This document shows, in pieces, positions 19,837-30,080 of a stretch of 64,000 nt of DNA. Numbering within the stretch: position 1 is the first letter of the stretch; the number at the start of each line of letters is the position of its first letter. The DNA lies in contig OW569388.1 of NCBI GenBank assembly GCA_937625935.1, positions 248,001-312,000 on the forward strand, given 5' to 3'. Source of the DNA: Tetramitus jugosus (taxonomy: Eukaryota > Protista > Heterolobosea). The notes beneath the pieces are model-generated. The model made no database searches. It had not been told where the DNA came from and saw nothing but the letters and a program-made list of their open reading frames with translations. The position numbers and the translations under genes are program-made.

Positions 19837-22809
19837 TTATTTGTTCATTGTCTGGAATCTTAACTCGATGTTGTCTGTTACTCCAGTATTCTTGGTGTTA
19901 GTGGGTATAAATCTCCTCCTCTTTCTGAGCAAAAGAAGTAAAGTTAATGCAAAAGCAGCAATGACGACAACTATAACAGTAAAGCCAGCGAGAACAATAA
20001 GAACGATACCATAAGTCTTCATCCCCCTCTGTTTGGACGAGCGTGCTTCACTTTCTTTACAACCACATGGATTGGTGCAAACTTGTCCAACTCCAATGCT
20101 ACTTTCATCCAAGCCATCAGATGATTGAACATAGTCCAATGAAACTGCATGAGTCACTGGTTGAGAGCATTGACATCGAACAGAGATCGCTTCATTTGTT
20201 GATTTGTCCAATGATGTGACTCCAGTGTGACAAATGGATGAATCATTCTTCCACAAATTGCTGTTTCTGTCCAAGTATTTGCATGCATACTTGTACAAAT
20301 CACCCATTGTCGAGTTGAGTGTGTCGGGAATTGTCACCATCGATTCAATTGGGACACTCGAATCAGAATTGACGACTTCTATTCGTTGCTGGTTGTATGT
20401 GAACAAATTAGCCGAAATTGTGGCTGATACTTGATTGGTATTACACTTGGTTGGGTACGGGTCAGGAGGATTCGCAATTGCTTCACATTGAATGAATGAT
20501 GCATTCGAGTGAGAGAGCAAAGAAGTTGGAATCACAATAGTCACATTGCCATTGTTGCTTGCACCAGATGATGGTTGTTTCACAACAATCGTGGTGTTGA
20601 GATTGAGAATTGATGATTGATTAATCTTTGTGATCACAGTCTCAAGATATGGAAGTGACAACTCTGATGTTTGTCCTTCAGTCATATTTCCTCGAATCTT
20701 CTCAGTCAGAACTGAGACCATGGATGTGAATGACTCCTTTTGAGATTGTGAACTGTTTGATGATATCATCACATTGGCAATGTTATGAGCAACAACAATT
20801 GAATCAACAATTCTTGATGATACTGTATCGTTGCTGTTCAGTACATTTGTCATGATATTGGATGTTTGAATTGTTGAGTTCTCTGACAAGTAACTATACT
20901 GTTGCGAGATAACCTTGACTGTCTTCAATGTTGCACTTCCACTCAGTTCTCCTTGCTTGGATTCCATGATATTGATCAAACTGCTCAACAATTGAGTTGT
21001 TTGATTCGATTGAATTAATTGAATGGAGTCCACAAGTGCATGGGTATAGTATGTGAGTCGTTGTTCCAACAGGGTTCCATTCAACTGATTGATATTGTTC
21101 CCTTGCTCTGTCAAAGCTTGAGCAACCTTGGATCCTTCTTGGCCTTGATAAACCTCAACATTGGATGTCCACTCTACAATGACACCACTTTGTGTCATGA
21201 GTCCCTGCATAAAGACAGTGATGTTACCTGTGACGGGCAGTGTAGCATTCAGATTTCGATTCGTTGTCCACTCGCTGATGAACACTCGTTGATTGCTCGC
21301 ATCCCCTTGGGTATCAAAGAATCCATGTCTGTATGTCGAAAACAATTCATTCATGCAGAACATAAAATTGTCATAGAGCATGGCTCCTTTGCTCGGAACA
21401 ACACTAAAATCTTCAATCTTCGGCTCTAGCACTCTCCCAAAAAATATAGAGTATGGTACGAGATTGCTAGTTACTATTTTGAATGTTGGACCGTTCGATA
21501 ATTGGAAGGTAGATCCAATACAATCCCCAAGAATAGAGATAAAATCATCTTTTGAAACTGATAACCCTCTTAGTTGTGACCACATAGCCCTAGTAGTGAG
21601 GAATGATAACTGTTCACCTACAGCAGTTAATTTTTGATAAAAACCCCACATCTCCCTCGTTGTTGGTGAAAGAAAACCTCCAATTAGATGTATCGATCCA
21701 TTTCTATCTACTTTCATTTCAATTAGTTCGCCTTCCAAGTCCAATGATTTGACCCATTTCACTTCTCCATTGGTTCTATTATATTTCACCACAAACATGG
21801 AAGGATTGACGCTATCGGCATATATGGTAGTATTTCCAAATGTTTCATTGACGTAAATATTACCAGAGAGAACCATCATGTCAGGGGAACCAACATCAAT
21901 GTTGGTAATCACACTAACATTGCTTCCGATTGCAAATGGAGCAATTGTCACAACTCCTCCATCGTTCTTATCCAAAGAGCCCAAGAACAGACCACCACCC
22001 CTCAATGTAAGATCAAGAGAATAGTTACCAAAAGTAGCATTATTCAATGTGCCGCCAAGGTATGTGTACTGATCATCTGATGCCAGAGAAGTTACTTGTA
22101 TACCTGTTGCTTTCACAGCCCACACAACACTTGCTTCGTGATCTAATTTGGTCACGAATGTACTGTCGTTCCCAAACAGTGTCACATTATCCCACTTGAT
22201 GTATTGTTTGAAACCTCCCGACATGTAAATGGCATCTCGATTCTGGTTTTCACAAGCGATGCTGGTTACAAAGGGAGATACAACAGGAACCATCCTGTGC
22301 CAAACATATGCTCCCTTCACATCATACTTGATCATCACCGAATACGAACCACTCACCCCAGTGATCTTGAATTGAACAAACGTACCCTTACAGCCTGTCA
22401 GAAGTGCAATGACAGACTTGCTGTCGCAAGAAGGAAACACAAGAAATCCTTCACAACCGTTGGCTACAGAGTCAATGGCAGTTGCCCAGACATAATCATT
22501 CACTTGAGAGTCAAACTTTGCAATCACATGTTGACCAGGATCGACTTGAAGAGAACCAAGCTTTGCGAGAGTGGAATTGGCGCCACGCATTACTGAAAAA
22601 GTCCTGAAAATGGAGCTCTTGTCCGCTGCAGACTCTTTCATGGGTTGAAAGTACATGTCCGGAGTGGAGGTCACTTCCACATGACCAAACAAACTTGTAC
22701 CAGGTGAGAGAGGAGTATTCTCTACGGCAGCAGCAGAAACCGAATTCACAATGGAGATCAAGCCAATAACAAGGAATGTCACCAAAAAAAGAAGAAAAGG
22801 ATTCATCAT
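19837..22809 (-). CDS. single-pass receptor, array member 3: beta-propeller + REJ-like + GAIN/GPS-like + TM
   Basis: Signal peptide MMNPFLLFL; helical stalk; YACKYLDRNSNLWKNDSSICHTG...VRCQCSQPVTHAV GPS-like motif; one TM. Confidence 0.85.
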   Translation of the reverse strand: MMNPFLLFLVTFLVIGLISIVNSVSAAAVENTPLSPGTSLFGHVEVTSTPDMYFQPMKESAADKSSIFRTFSVMRGANSTLAKLGSLQVDPGQHVIAKFDSQVNDYVWATAIDSVANGCEGFLVFPSCDSKSVIALLTGCKGTFVQFKITGVSGSYSVMIKYDVKGAYVWHRMVPVVSPFVTSIACENQNRDAIYMSGGFKQYIKWDNVTLFGNDSTFVTKLDHEASVVWAVKATGIQVTSLASDDQYTYLGGTLNNATFGNYSLDLTLRGGGLFLGSLDKNDGGVVTIAPFAIGSNVSVITNIDVGSPDMMVLSGNIYVNETFGNTTIYADSVNPSMFVVKYNRTNGEVKWVKSLDLEGELIEMKVDRNGSIHLIGGFLSPTTREMWGFYQKLTAVGEQLSFLTTRAMWSQLRGLSVSKDDFISILGDCIGSTFQLSNGPTFKIVTSNLVPYSIFFGRVLEPKIEDFSVVPSKGAMLYDNFMFCMNELFSTYRHGFFDTQGDASNQRVFISEWTTNRNLNATLPVTGNITVFMQGLMTQSGVIVEWTSNVEVYQGQEGSKVAQALTEQGNNINQLNGTLLEQRLTYYTHALVDSIQLIQSNQTTQLLSSLINIMESKQGELSGSATLKTVKVISQQYSYLSENSTIQTSNIMTNVLNSNDTVSSRIVDSIVVAHNIANVMISSNSSQSQKESFTSMVSVLTEKIRGNMTEGQTSELSLPYLETVITKINQSSILNLNTTIVVKQPSSGASNNGNVTIVIPTSLLSHSNASFIQCEAIANPPDPYPTKCNTNQVSATISANLFTYNQQRIEVVNSDSSVPIESMVTIPDTLNSTMGDLYKYACKYLDRNSNLWKNDSSICHTGVTSLDKSTNEAISVRCQCSQPVTHAVSLDYVQSSDGLDESSIGVGQVCTNPCGCKESEARSSKQRGMKTYGIVLIVLAGFTVIVVVIAAFALTLLLLLRKRRRFIPTNTKNTGVTDNIELRFQTMNK

Positions 22810-22992
22810 TGGCGATTGTGTTTGGGAAGTCGGAAAGGAAAGTGGTTCTGTCAATCTGGGAGTTTTCAAGTCGGATGTTTCTTTTGATACTTGACACAAT
22901 CAAATATGGTCATGCCCCGATGACAGATAATACCAACGAGTTTGCTCCCGATATTCTCCGGCGCAAACTGTTTGGGAGCTACAGAAGGGTGT

Positions 22993-25938
22993 TTACTTGT
23001 ACATCATGCCGAACCTTGACTCAATTTCATTGGGTGCTTCCTTCTTTTCGGTGTTCTTGATTGTGGAACCTCTCTTAAGCGTAGCTCTGAACAAGAGAAT
23101 CACAACCAGTGCAAAAGCAGCAATGACAATGACGAGTATTGTTAAACAAGCAAGAATGATCAGTGCGATTCCATAAGCCTTCATTCCTTTCTTCTTGGAT
23201 GTCTTTCCAAAGTCTGTTTGTGAACAACCACATGGATTGGTGCAAACTTGTCCAACTCCAATGTTACTTTCATCCAAGCCATCAGATGATTGAACATAGT
23301 CCAATGAAACTGCATGAGTCACTGGTTGAGAGCATTGACATCGAACAGAGATCGCTTCATTTGTTGAATTGTTCAATGATGTGACTCCAGTGTGACAAAC
23401 TGAAGAATCATTCTTCCACAAATTGCTGTTTCTGTCCAAGTATTTGCATGCATACTTGTACAAATCAGTCATTGTCGAGTTGAGTGTGTTGGGAACTGTC
23501 ACGCTCGATTCAATTGAAACTCTGGAAGATGAATCAACAGTTTGAATAAGTTGTTGATTGTCTGTAAATAGCATGGTTGATATGGTGGGTGACACTTGTT
23601 TGGTATTACACTTGGTTGAGTACGGGTCAGGAGGATTCGCAATGGCTTCACATTGAATGAATGATGCATTCGATTGAGAGAGCAAAGAAGTTGGAATCAC
23701 AATAGTCACATTACTTCTGTCATTGTTTCTTGCATCATATGATGGTTGTTTCACAACAATTGTAGTATTGAGATGATTATCAAACCATTGATTAACCTTT
23801 GTGATCACAGTCTCAAGATATGGAAGTGACAACTCTGATGTTTGTCCTTCAGTCATGTTTCCTCGAATCTTCTCAGTCAGAACTGAGATCATGGATGTGA
23901 ATGACTTCTTCTGAGATTGTGAACTGTTTGATGATATCATCACATTGGCAATGTTATGAGCAACAACAATTGAGTCTGCAATGCTTGTGTTGTTGTTCTT
24001 CATGATTTTTGTCAAGATATTAGATGCTTGAATCGTTGAATTCTCTGACAAGAAACTGTACTGTTGAGAAATAGATTTGACAGTCTCCAATGTTGCACTT
24101 CCACTCAATTCCCCTTGTTTGGATTCAATGAGATTCAGTAAATTGCTCAACAATTGAGTTGTTCGATTGGATGAAATGATTTGAATTGAATCAACAAGAG
24201 CATGGGTGTAATCTGTCAATTGCTGTTCCAACAGAGTTCCATTCAATTGGTTGAGCTTGTTCTCTTGTTCTGTCAATGCCTGAGCAACCTTTGATGCTTC
24301 TCCTTGATAAACTTCAACTCTCGAAGTCCACTCCATGATATTGCCATGTGTTGAAAGTCCCTGTGCAAAGACAGTGAAATTGCCTGTGATTGACATGGTT
24401 GTGTTCAGAACTCGATCGTTTGTCCATCCACTCAGGAACACTCTTTGTCCTTTGCCATCAAAGAACCCAAATCTGTACGTTGAAAACAATTCACCACTCA
24501 TACTGAATACAAAGTAATCATACAACATTGCTCCTCTGTTCGGAACAACATTCAATGATTCAATTGGGTTCCCATCGAACAAAACTTCTGCAAAAAACAG
24601 GTAAAATGCAGATGTCATGTTGAATGTTGGACCCTTGGAGAATTGAAGAGTAGGTCCCACAGCATCTCCAAGTATGGAGATATAGCCATCACTTGCAACA
24701 GATAGATAAATTGCTTCTGCCATGTTTGCATTAATCGTGAGAAATGACAACCACTCCCCGGAACTTGCCAACTCAGCATAAAAGCCAGGATACGAGGGCG
24801 CTTGACACTCATACATTTCCTGTATCATGGTCGAACAATTGAACTGGCCACTCAAATGTATTGATCCATTTCTATCAACTTTCATATCAAACACACCATT
24901 CAATACCCTTTCAGGAAATATTTCTCCACTGGTTCTATTGTATTGCACCACAAACATAGAAGGACAGCTTCTTTCTGCATAAATGGTTGTGTTCCCAAAT
25001 ATTGTGTTCATGAACACAAAACCAGCGATATACAACGTACCATTAGTACCGACAGAAATACTCCTAACATTACCATCAGTGCTGCCAAGTGCAAATGGAG
25101 TAACCCTCGCCACTTCTCCAACATTCTTATCAAACCAAGCCAAGACCAGTCCTCCATTTGATGAGGAATTAAGGAAAGTATCACCAATGTAAGCTTCACC
25201 ACTGAATGTAGTCCCACCAAGGTACACGTATTGATCATCAGACGTCAGTGATGTTGGTCTTGTTCCTGTTGTGTTTTTAGCCCACACAACCCATGCATCT
25301 TGATCTAACTTTGCCACGAAGGCGCTGTTCGAGTCTCCTAAAAGAATCACATTGTCAAGTTCAACGATGTAGTTGAAACTACCTGACAAGTAGATGACAT
25401 CTTCATTATCCTGCTCACAAGCGATATTTGCTGCATAGATACTTAAAGAAGGAATCATCTTGTGCCAAACATATGTCCCATTTACATCATACTTGATCAC
25501 CACAGAGTAACTATGGTTGATTCCAGTGATATTGAATTGAACAAAATCACCTCGGCAAAATCCCATGAGTGTAATGACAGACTTACTGTCACAAGAAGGC
25601 AGTATCCAAGAATCATAACAGGTGTTTCCTGAGTCGATGGCAGTTGCCCAGACATAATCATTCACTTGTGAATCATACTTGGCAAGCACATGTTTGCCTG
25701 GTGCCACTTGAAGAGAACCAAGTCTTGCTTGGGTTGAGTTCTCAACTGAAGCGACTCTAAATGTTCTGAAAACAGATCTCCTGCTTGCTGCAGACTCTTT
25801 CATCGGTGTATAGTATTGGTCTGAGGTTCTTACTTCTACATCTCCAAACAAGCTGGTGTGAGCAAATTGACATTCACCACCCACAGCGAGGAGCAAACCG
25901 AAAAAGAGCAAGGTAATAAAAACAATAACAGATTTCAT
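22993..25938 (-). CDS. single-pass receptor, array member 4: beta-propeller + REJ-like + GAIN/GPS-like + TM
   Basis: Same architecture as member 3, with a near-identical GPS region. Confidence 0.85.
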   Translation of the reverse strand: MKSVIVFITLLFFGLLLAVGGECQFAHTSLFGDVEVRTSDQYYTPMKESAASRRSVFRTFRVASVENSTQARLGSLQVAPGKHVLAKYDSQVNDYVWATAIDSGNTCYDSWILPSCDSKSVITLMGFCRGDFVQFNITGINHSYSVVIKYDVNGTYVWHKMIPSLSIYAANIACEQDNEDVIYLSGSFNYIVELDNVILLGDSNSAFVAKLDQDAWVVWAKNTTGTRPTSLTSDDQYVYLGGTTFSGEAYIGDTFLNSSSNGGLVLAWFDKNVGEVARVTPFALGSTDGNVRSISVGTNGTLYIAGFVFMNTIFGNTTIYAERSCPSMFVVQYNRTSGEIFPERVLNGVFDMKVDRNGSIHLSGQFNCSTMIQEMYECQAPSYPGFYAELASSGEWLSFLTINANMAEAIYLSVASDGYISILGDAVGPTLQFSKGPTFNMTSAFYLFFAEVLFDGNPIESLNVVPNRGAMLYDYFVFSMSGELFSTYRFGFFDGKGQRVFLSGWTNDRVLNTTMSITGNFTVFAQGLSTHGNIMEWTSRVEVYQGEASKVAQALTEQENKLNQLNGTLLEQQLTDYTHALVDSIQIISSNRTTQLLSNLLNLIESKQGELSGSATLETVKSISQQYSFLSENSTIQASNILTKIMKNNNTSIADSIVVAHNIANVMISSNSSQSQKKSFTSMISVLTEKIRGNMTEGQTSELSLPYLETVITKVNQWFDNHLNTTIVVKQPSYDARNNDRSNVTIVIPTSLLSQSNASFIQCEAIANPPDPYSTKCNTKQVSPTISTMLFTDNQQLIQTVDSSSRVSIESSVTVPNTLNSTMTDLYKYACKYLDRNSNLWKNDSSVCHTGVTSLNNSTNEAISVRCQCSQPVTHAVSLDYVQSSDGLDESNIGVGQVCTNPCGCSQTDFGKTSKKKGMKAYGIALIILACLTILVIVIAAFALVVILLFRATLKRGSTIKNTEKKEAPNEIESRFGMMYK

Positions 25939-26133
25939 GAGAGAGTTGTTGAATCGATAGTGAATTTGACAAAGTTCTTCGATGGATGATTAGCAGCTTG
26001 CTGCTGTATTCTGAACAGGAAAATTTGCCCAGAGATATTTTTCCTGAATTATATGTCAATCAGTGTGGCCCTGCGGCGCAGTCAACTACGACTTGGGCTT
26101 CGCGATTATACCTTCGACATGTCGATCATCTTT

Positions 26134-28098
26134 TCATGATGAGATAAGGGGATGGTTCGGTATCTCCGAGTGCACTCGTAGCTCGTGTTCCTTCGCGGCT
26201 GACAACATTCCGACACTCTGCTCCACCAACGACATGTGTATCAATACATGAATCTGCCAGTCCTTGTACGACAGCCGCGAGGATAGATCAAGAGCATCTT
26301 GAAACAGTTTCAGTGAGCTTTTGATTTTCTTTGCATTCCTGCTCATGATGATTGCTCCTGTAAACTCGTGCAAAACAGGCAAAAAGTACGGTTGTACATT
26401 TTGTGACCCAACAGACATGTTTTTCAGCAGGAGTGTTTTGGCACTCTTGTGATTTCCTGTGTAGGCAAGTGCCTGTGCTTTGAGCAAATTGGCTGCATAG
26501 ATCCAGTTTTGATCCTTTGTAATGTCTGACATCTGATCTGCACTACTCATTGCTTCCTGATACATTCCACATGCAACCATGATCCGTACCTTGTCATACC
26601 AGAGTAACTCCCTGGGGAAAGGACTCACAGAACAAGTAGTGAAGGTCATTGGGTGCAAATAATGCATAAAGTACTCGAAAGCATCGTTGTAATGACCATT
26701 CCAATCCAATTCCAAGAATTTGGCATAGTGCGGCATAAGTGCTGCCGTTTTTCTCAAGTAATCCGATACTTGATGAGAACAGCTATCAGCCAACAGTTGT
26801 ATCGTGTGTCCCAGCACACACAAGTCACTAAATTTTGCTGTACATCTGAGACACCTCATGTATGTTTGTATGAGCAGTGGAAGTGTCTCTGGCTCCTCAC
26901 CTGTTGGCACTAGATAGATGGCAGATTTACAATCCTTGAGTGCACTCACAAAATCATTCATCTCCGAGTAGCATATCGCTCTCAGTATATATGCGTCCAT
27001 TACATTACAATTCATGGATACAATCGAATCAAGCATCAACTTTGCCTCTGCAACACGACCCTTCTCTCTCAAACAATGACTTGCCAATAATCTGGCCGGT
27101 ATGACAATACTCTGATCATGAGTCAATTGCATGACACGAGACACATTCTCCAACGCAGAATCCACCTCCTTCTCATAATACAATTCAATCCTAGCCAACT
27201 GTAAATAACACTGAGCCAACAACAACAACCATTGAGAATCCTGTTGTGCGTGCCCAATTGCCCTCAACACATCACTCTTTGCACATTGGACATTTGCCAA
27301 TGATAAATAAATTTTGGAGCGAAACAGTAATTGACAGACGAGATCCTTTCGAATCGCACTGCACACCTCCTCTGACAACAAGTGCTCTCGACGAGCGCTC
27401 TTGTCAAAAACTTTATTTTGAATCAATCGTTGATTCAATCGACCCTCAATCAACACATTTAACCACTTGATTGCACTCTGTGGTTGACCCCACTGCAAAA
27501 ACAAAATTTGACACTTGAATGCACAACTCGTGTTCAAAAACAGGAAAACATCATCACAATCCAACAAGTTCACTCGTTTCAATTCCACTTCCATATTCAA
27601 CAATTCATCAGCCATCTCCATGATTGAATTCGAGTGTTCCTTGATCCCTATTTGATGATAGGTCAATAATCGATGATATGTCGTATAGAGCTTCCACTTA
27701 ACTTTCCACTTTTCATTTTCACACTTTTGACTCGTGAAATGGTAATCACTCACAGAATCATGTGAAGCTGTGAACAATGATGATGACGATGACGATGATT
27801 CCAATAGTGAAAGAGCTCGATGGAAGTGACCATTGAGACGTAATTGATTGACTTGTTGGAAAAAGTCAAAAAATTGATGTTCTTGTTCGTCATCTTCATC
27901 ATCATGATCACTTTGCTTCTGAATCTTCTTCTTAAGCTTCTTCTTGTTGGTTTTCATGCCACTGCTGTTGACGTTTGAACAATGTGCAATATTCGCATGA
28001 TAGAATTGTGCGGCAGTGCTACTGTATTGTTGATAATGATGAAACTTGTGAATTGATCGTTTGTTCAGAAGAAGCAGCAATCCACATGTTCGAAGCAT
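26134..28098 (-). CDS. TPR-repeat protein, possibly mitochondrial
   Basis: DAYILRAICYSEMNDFVSALKDCKSAIYLVP and other TPR-like helix pairs; presequence-like N-terminus. Confidence 0.7.
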   Translation of the reverse strand: MLRTCGLLLLLNKRSIHKFHHYQQYSSTAAQFYHANIAHCSNVNSSGMKTNKKKLKKKIQKQSDHDDEDDEQEHQFFDFFQQVNQLRLNGHFHRALSLLESSSSSSSLFTASHDSVSDYHFTSQKCENEKWKVKWKLYTTYHRLLTYHQIGIKEHSNSIMEMADELLNMEVELKRVNLLDCDDVFLFLNTSCAFKCQILFLQWGQPQSAIKWLNVLIEGRLNQRLIQNKVFDKSARREHLLSEEVCSAIRKDLVCQLLFRSKIYLSLANVQCAKSDVLRAIGHAQQDSQWLLLLAQCYLQLARIELYYEKEVDSALENVSRVMQLTHDQSIVIPARLLASHCLREKGRVAEAKLMLDSIVSMNCNVMDAYILRAICYSEMNDFVSALKDCKSAIYLVPTGEEPETLPLLIQTYMRCLRCTAKFSDLCVLGHTIQLLADSCSHQVSDYLRKTAALMPHYAKFLELDWNGHYNDAFEYFMHYLHPMTFTTCSVSPFPRELLWYDKVRIMVACGMYQEAMSSADQMSDITKDQNWIYAANLLKAQALAYTGNHKSAKTLLLKNMSVGSQNVQPYFLPVLHEFTGAIIMSRNAKKIKSSLKLFQDALDLSSRLSYKDWQIHVLIHMSLVEQSVGMLSAAKEHELRVHSEIPNHPLISS

Positions 28099-28229
28099 TC
28101 TTTTATGTCGAGATAAAATGTTTGTTTTTGATTTTGATTGTGGTGTCCACGCGCGATTTTTCCAGGCGCGGTTCTCTGGAAACAGATTCTGGAAAAGCTT
28201 TCAGATGAAAAACAATGGAAAAAGCAAAT

Positions 28230-29882
28230 TTATACACTGGAAACTTGTTGTAGCTCTTGTAGCTCTTGTGGTGGTGCTTGTGCTTGTATTTGTTCAACAG
28301 CAGCAGCAGCAGGCGAGGAACCACTCCTCGACCCTTGAAACATTCCACTAAAGCTATACCACAGCTCTCTCATTGCAAATCCATACCCACCATGTTCAGC
28401 AGCACGCCTTCTTCTCCGCTGACTCTTTTCTCCGCTGTTCCTTGAAGGCAAAGAAATTTCCGTCGACAGAGTCGGAGAAGAGGATGACACTGTAGAATTG
28501 TCAATCTCAATTACGGCGCCACCGGATCGTACCTTGATGCCAGATGATCCTCCACAGCAACACACACCAAAGCAGCATGCCGATCCAGTTCCATTTCCTC
28601 CATTGCACATGGCATACGAATAAAAATCATCACAACAACAATTACAATTGTTTTTGCAGTCCATGCAACACACTTCACACTTTGTTCCACAATCTGTGTC
28701 ATCCATGCACACACAGCAGCAACAACAGTTGGCATCACTTCCCTCATAGCAACAGCAGCAACCATTGTCATCATTATCATCTTCTTCAATGCTAATGTGA
28801 CTGCTTGAAGCCACATTGTCATTGGCTGCTGATGCAGCTGTAGCTCCTGTTGATGATGATAACGATGATGATGATGGTACAATTGTTGTTGCAGAGGAAG
28901 ATGATGCGTGCACTGATGGGGAACAGGCATCTATAAAACAACCACTGGGTGAATTTTTGGTCGTTACAAAAAAACATGAATCGAACCAATTCTTCCATGA
29001 TGATGATGATGATGACTGTTGTTGTTGTAGCTCTTGTTGTTGTTGTTGTTGTCTAGTATCTCCTCCGACTATTTGATGACTAGGTGATGATGATGATAGA
29101 GAGGAAGATGAAATGGTGGTGGTTGATGTTTCCCTTGTTGATTTTTTCAAGTGAGCATCTGATGATGATGATGAAGCAGATGTCGATGATGACAGTGATG
29201 CAGAATCAGTTTCTCTCTGTTTCCGTTTACTCTTTCGTTTTTGATATTCTTCAATCATTGAAAGAGCAACATTTTCATTATTAGTATTATTGACTACTAC
29301 TGTTGATGATGGAAGTGGTAGTGATGATGATGGTTGTACAATAGCATTAGGAACAGTTGATAATGGAATGGGATACATATGTGGATGATGATGATGGTGA
29401 AGATGCGGATGAGTCATTGGTGGAGATGGTTGATGATAAAATATACCATGAGGATGACTATGGTGAGCATGAGCATGGTTGTGATGATGATGTGATATTG
29501 GATGATGTTGTTGATGATGATGATGATGAACAACAGGTGGAGATGTGTTGTGTGATGAGGACACTGTGCTTCTAAAAGTCTCCAAATCAGAAAAGTCATT
29601 AATGGTCATGTCATCAGGGTGATTATCAATGATACATGGAATGGCATATGGACTACTGAATTCTTCATTGGTAGTAGTGGTGGTGGTAGTTGGGGTGTCA
29701 TCATCATTGTTATTTTTTTGGTTTGTTGTGGTGGTGGGTAAGCTTTGATGAAATTGATGATTTTGTTGTTGTGATAGTTCCATGGTGTTGGAAGGTGGCC
29801 GGTCATCGACCAGAGGTAACATTGGAGAAACACTCTTTGGTTGTTGTGGTTGAGGTTGTTGTTGTAGTTCTGATTCAGACAT
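28230..29882 (-). CDS. low-complexity protein with His-rich and Cys-rich tracts
   Basis: 550-aa ORF with poly-His, poly-Ser and poly-Gln tracts and a dense Cys cluster. Confidence 0.7.
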   Translation of the reverse strand: MSESELQQQPQPQQPKSVSPMLPLVDDRPPSNTMELSQQQNHQFHQSLPTTTTNQKNNNDDDTPTTTTTTTNEEFSSPYAIPCIIDNHPDDMTINDFSDLETFRSTVSSSHNTSPPVVHHHHHQQHHPISHHHHNHAHAHHSHPHGIFYHQPSPPMTHPHLHHHHHPHMYPIPLSTVPNAIVQPSSSLPLPSSTVVVNNTNNENVALSMIEEYQKRKSKRKQRETDSASLSSSTSASSSSSDAHLKKSTRETSTTTISSSSLSSSSPSHQIVGGDTRQQQQQQELQQQQSSSSSSWKNWFDSCFFVTTKNSPSGCFIDACSPSVHASSSSATTIVPSSSSLSSSTGATAASAANDNVASSSHISIEEDDNDDNGCCCCYEGSDANCCCCCVCMDDTDCGTKCEVCCMDCKNNCNCCCDDFYSYAMCNGGNGTGSACCFGVCCCGGSSGIKVRSGGAVIEIDNSTVSSSSPTLSTEISLPSRNSGEKSQRRRRRAAEHGGYGFAMRELWYSFSGMFQGSRSGSSPAAAAVEQIQAQAPPQELQELQQVSSV

Positions 29883-30080
29883 GGTGATGATGTCTCAGGT
29901 TTTAACAAAACTCAGAAAGAGGGTGTTGGGTATCAGGAAGGCAGATGACAAGAAGGTTGTTGCTTGTTTTTTTGTTCGTTTTCGGTAAAATAAAAAATTG
30001 TAAACAGGAAAATAGGAGTATTAATCTTTACAATAGGGGAAAAAGTGAGAAGCCAATACAAATTTGATTGGTTGCGCAAC

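Noticed and set aside
28511-29908. Many short alternative-frame and antisense ORFs in the track (also 30783-31718 and 62085-63994 on the minus strand)
   Set aside because: They are shadows of longer real genes, caused by trinucleotide repeats and codon bias.
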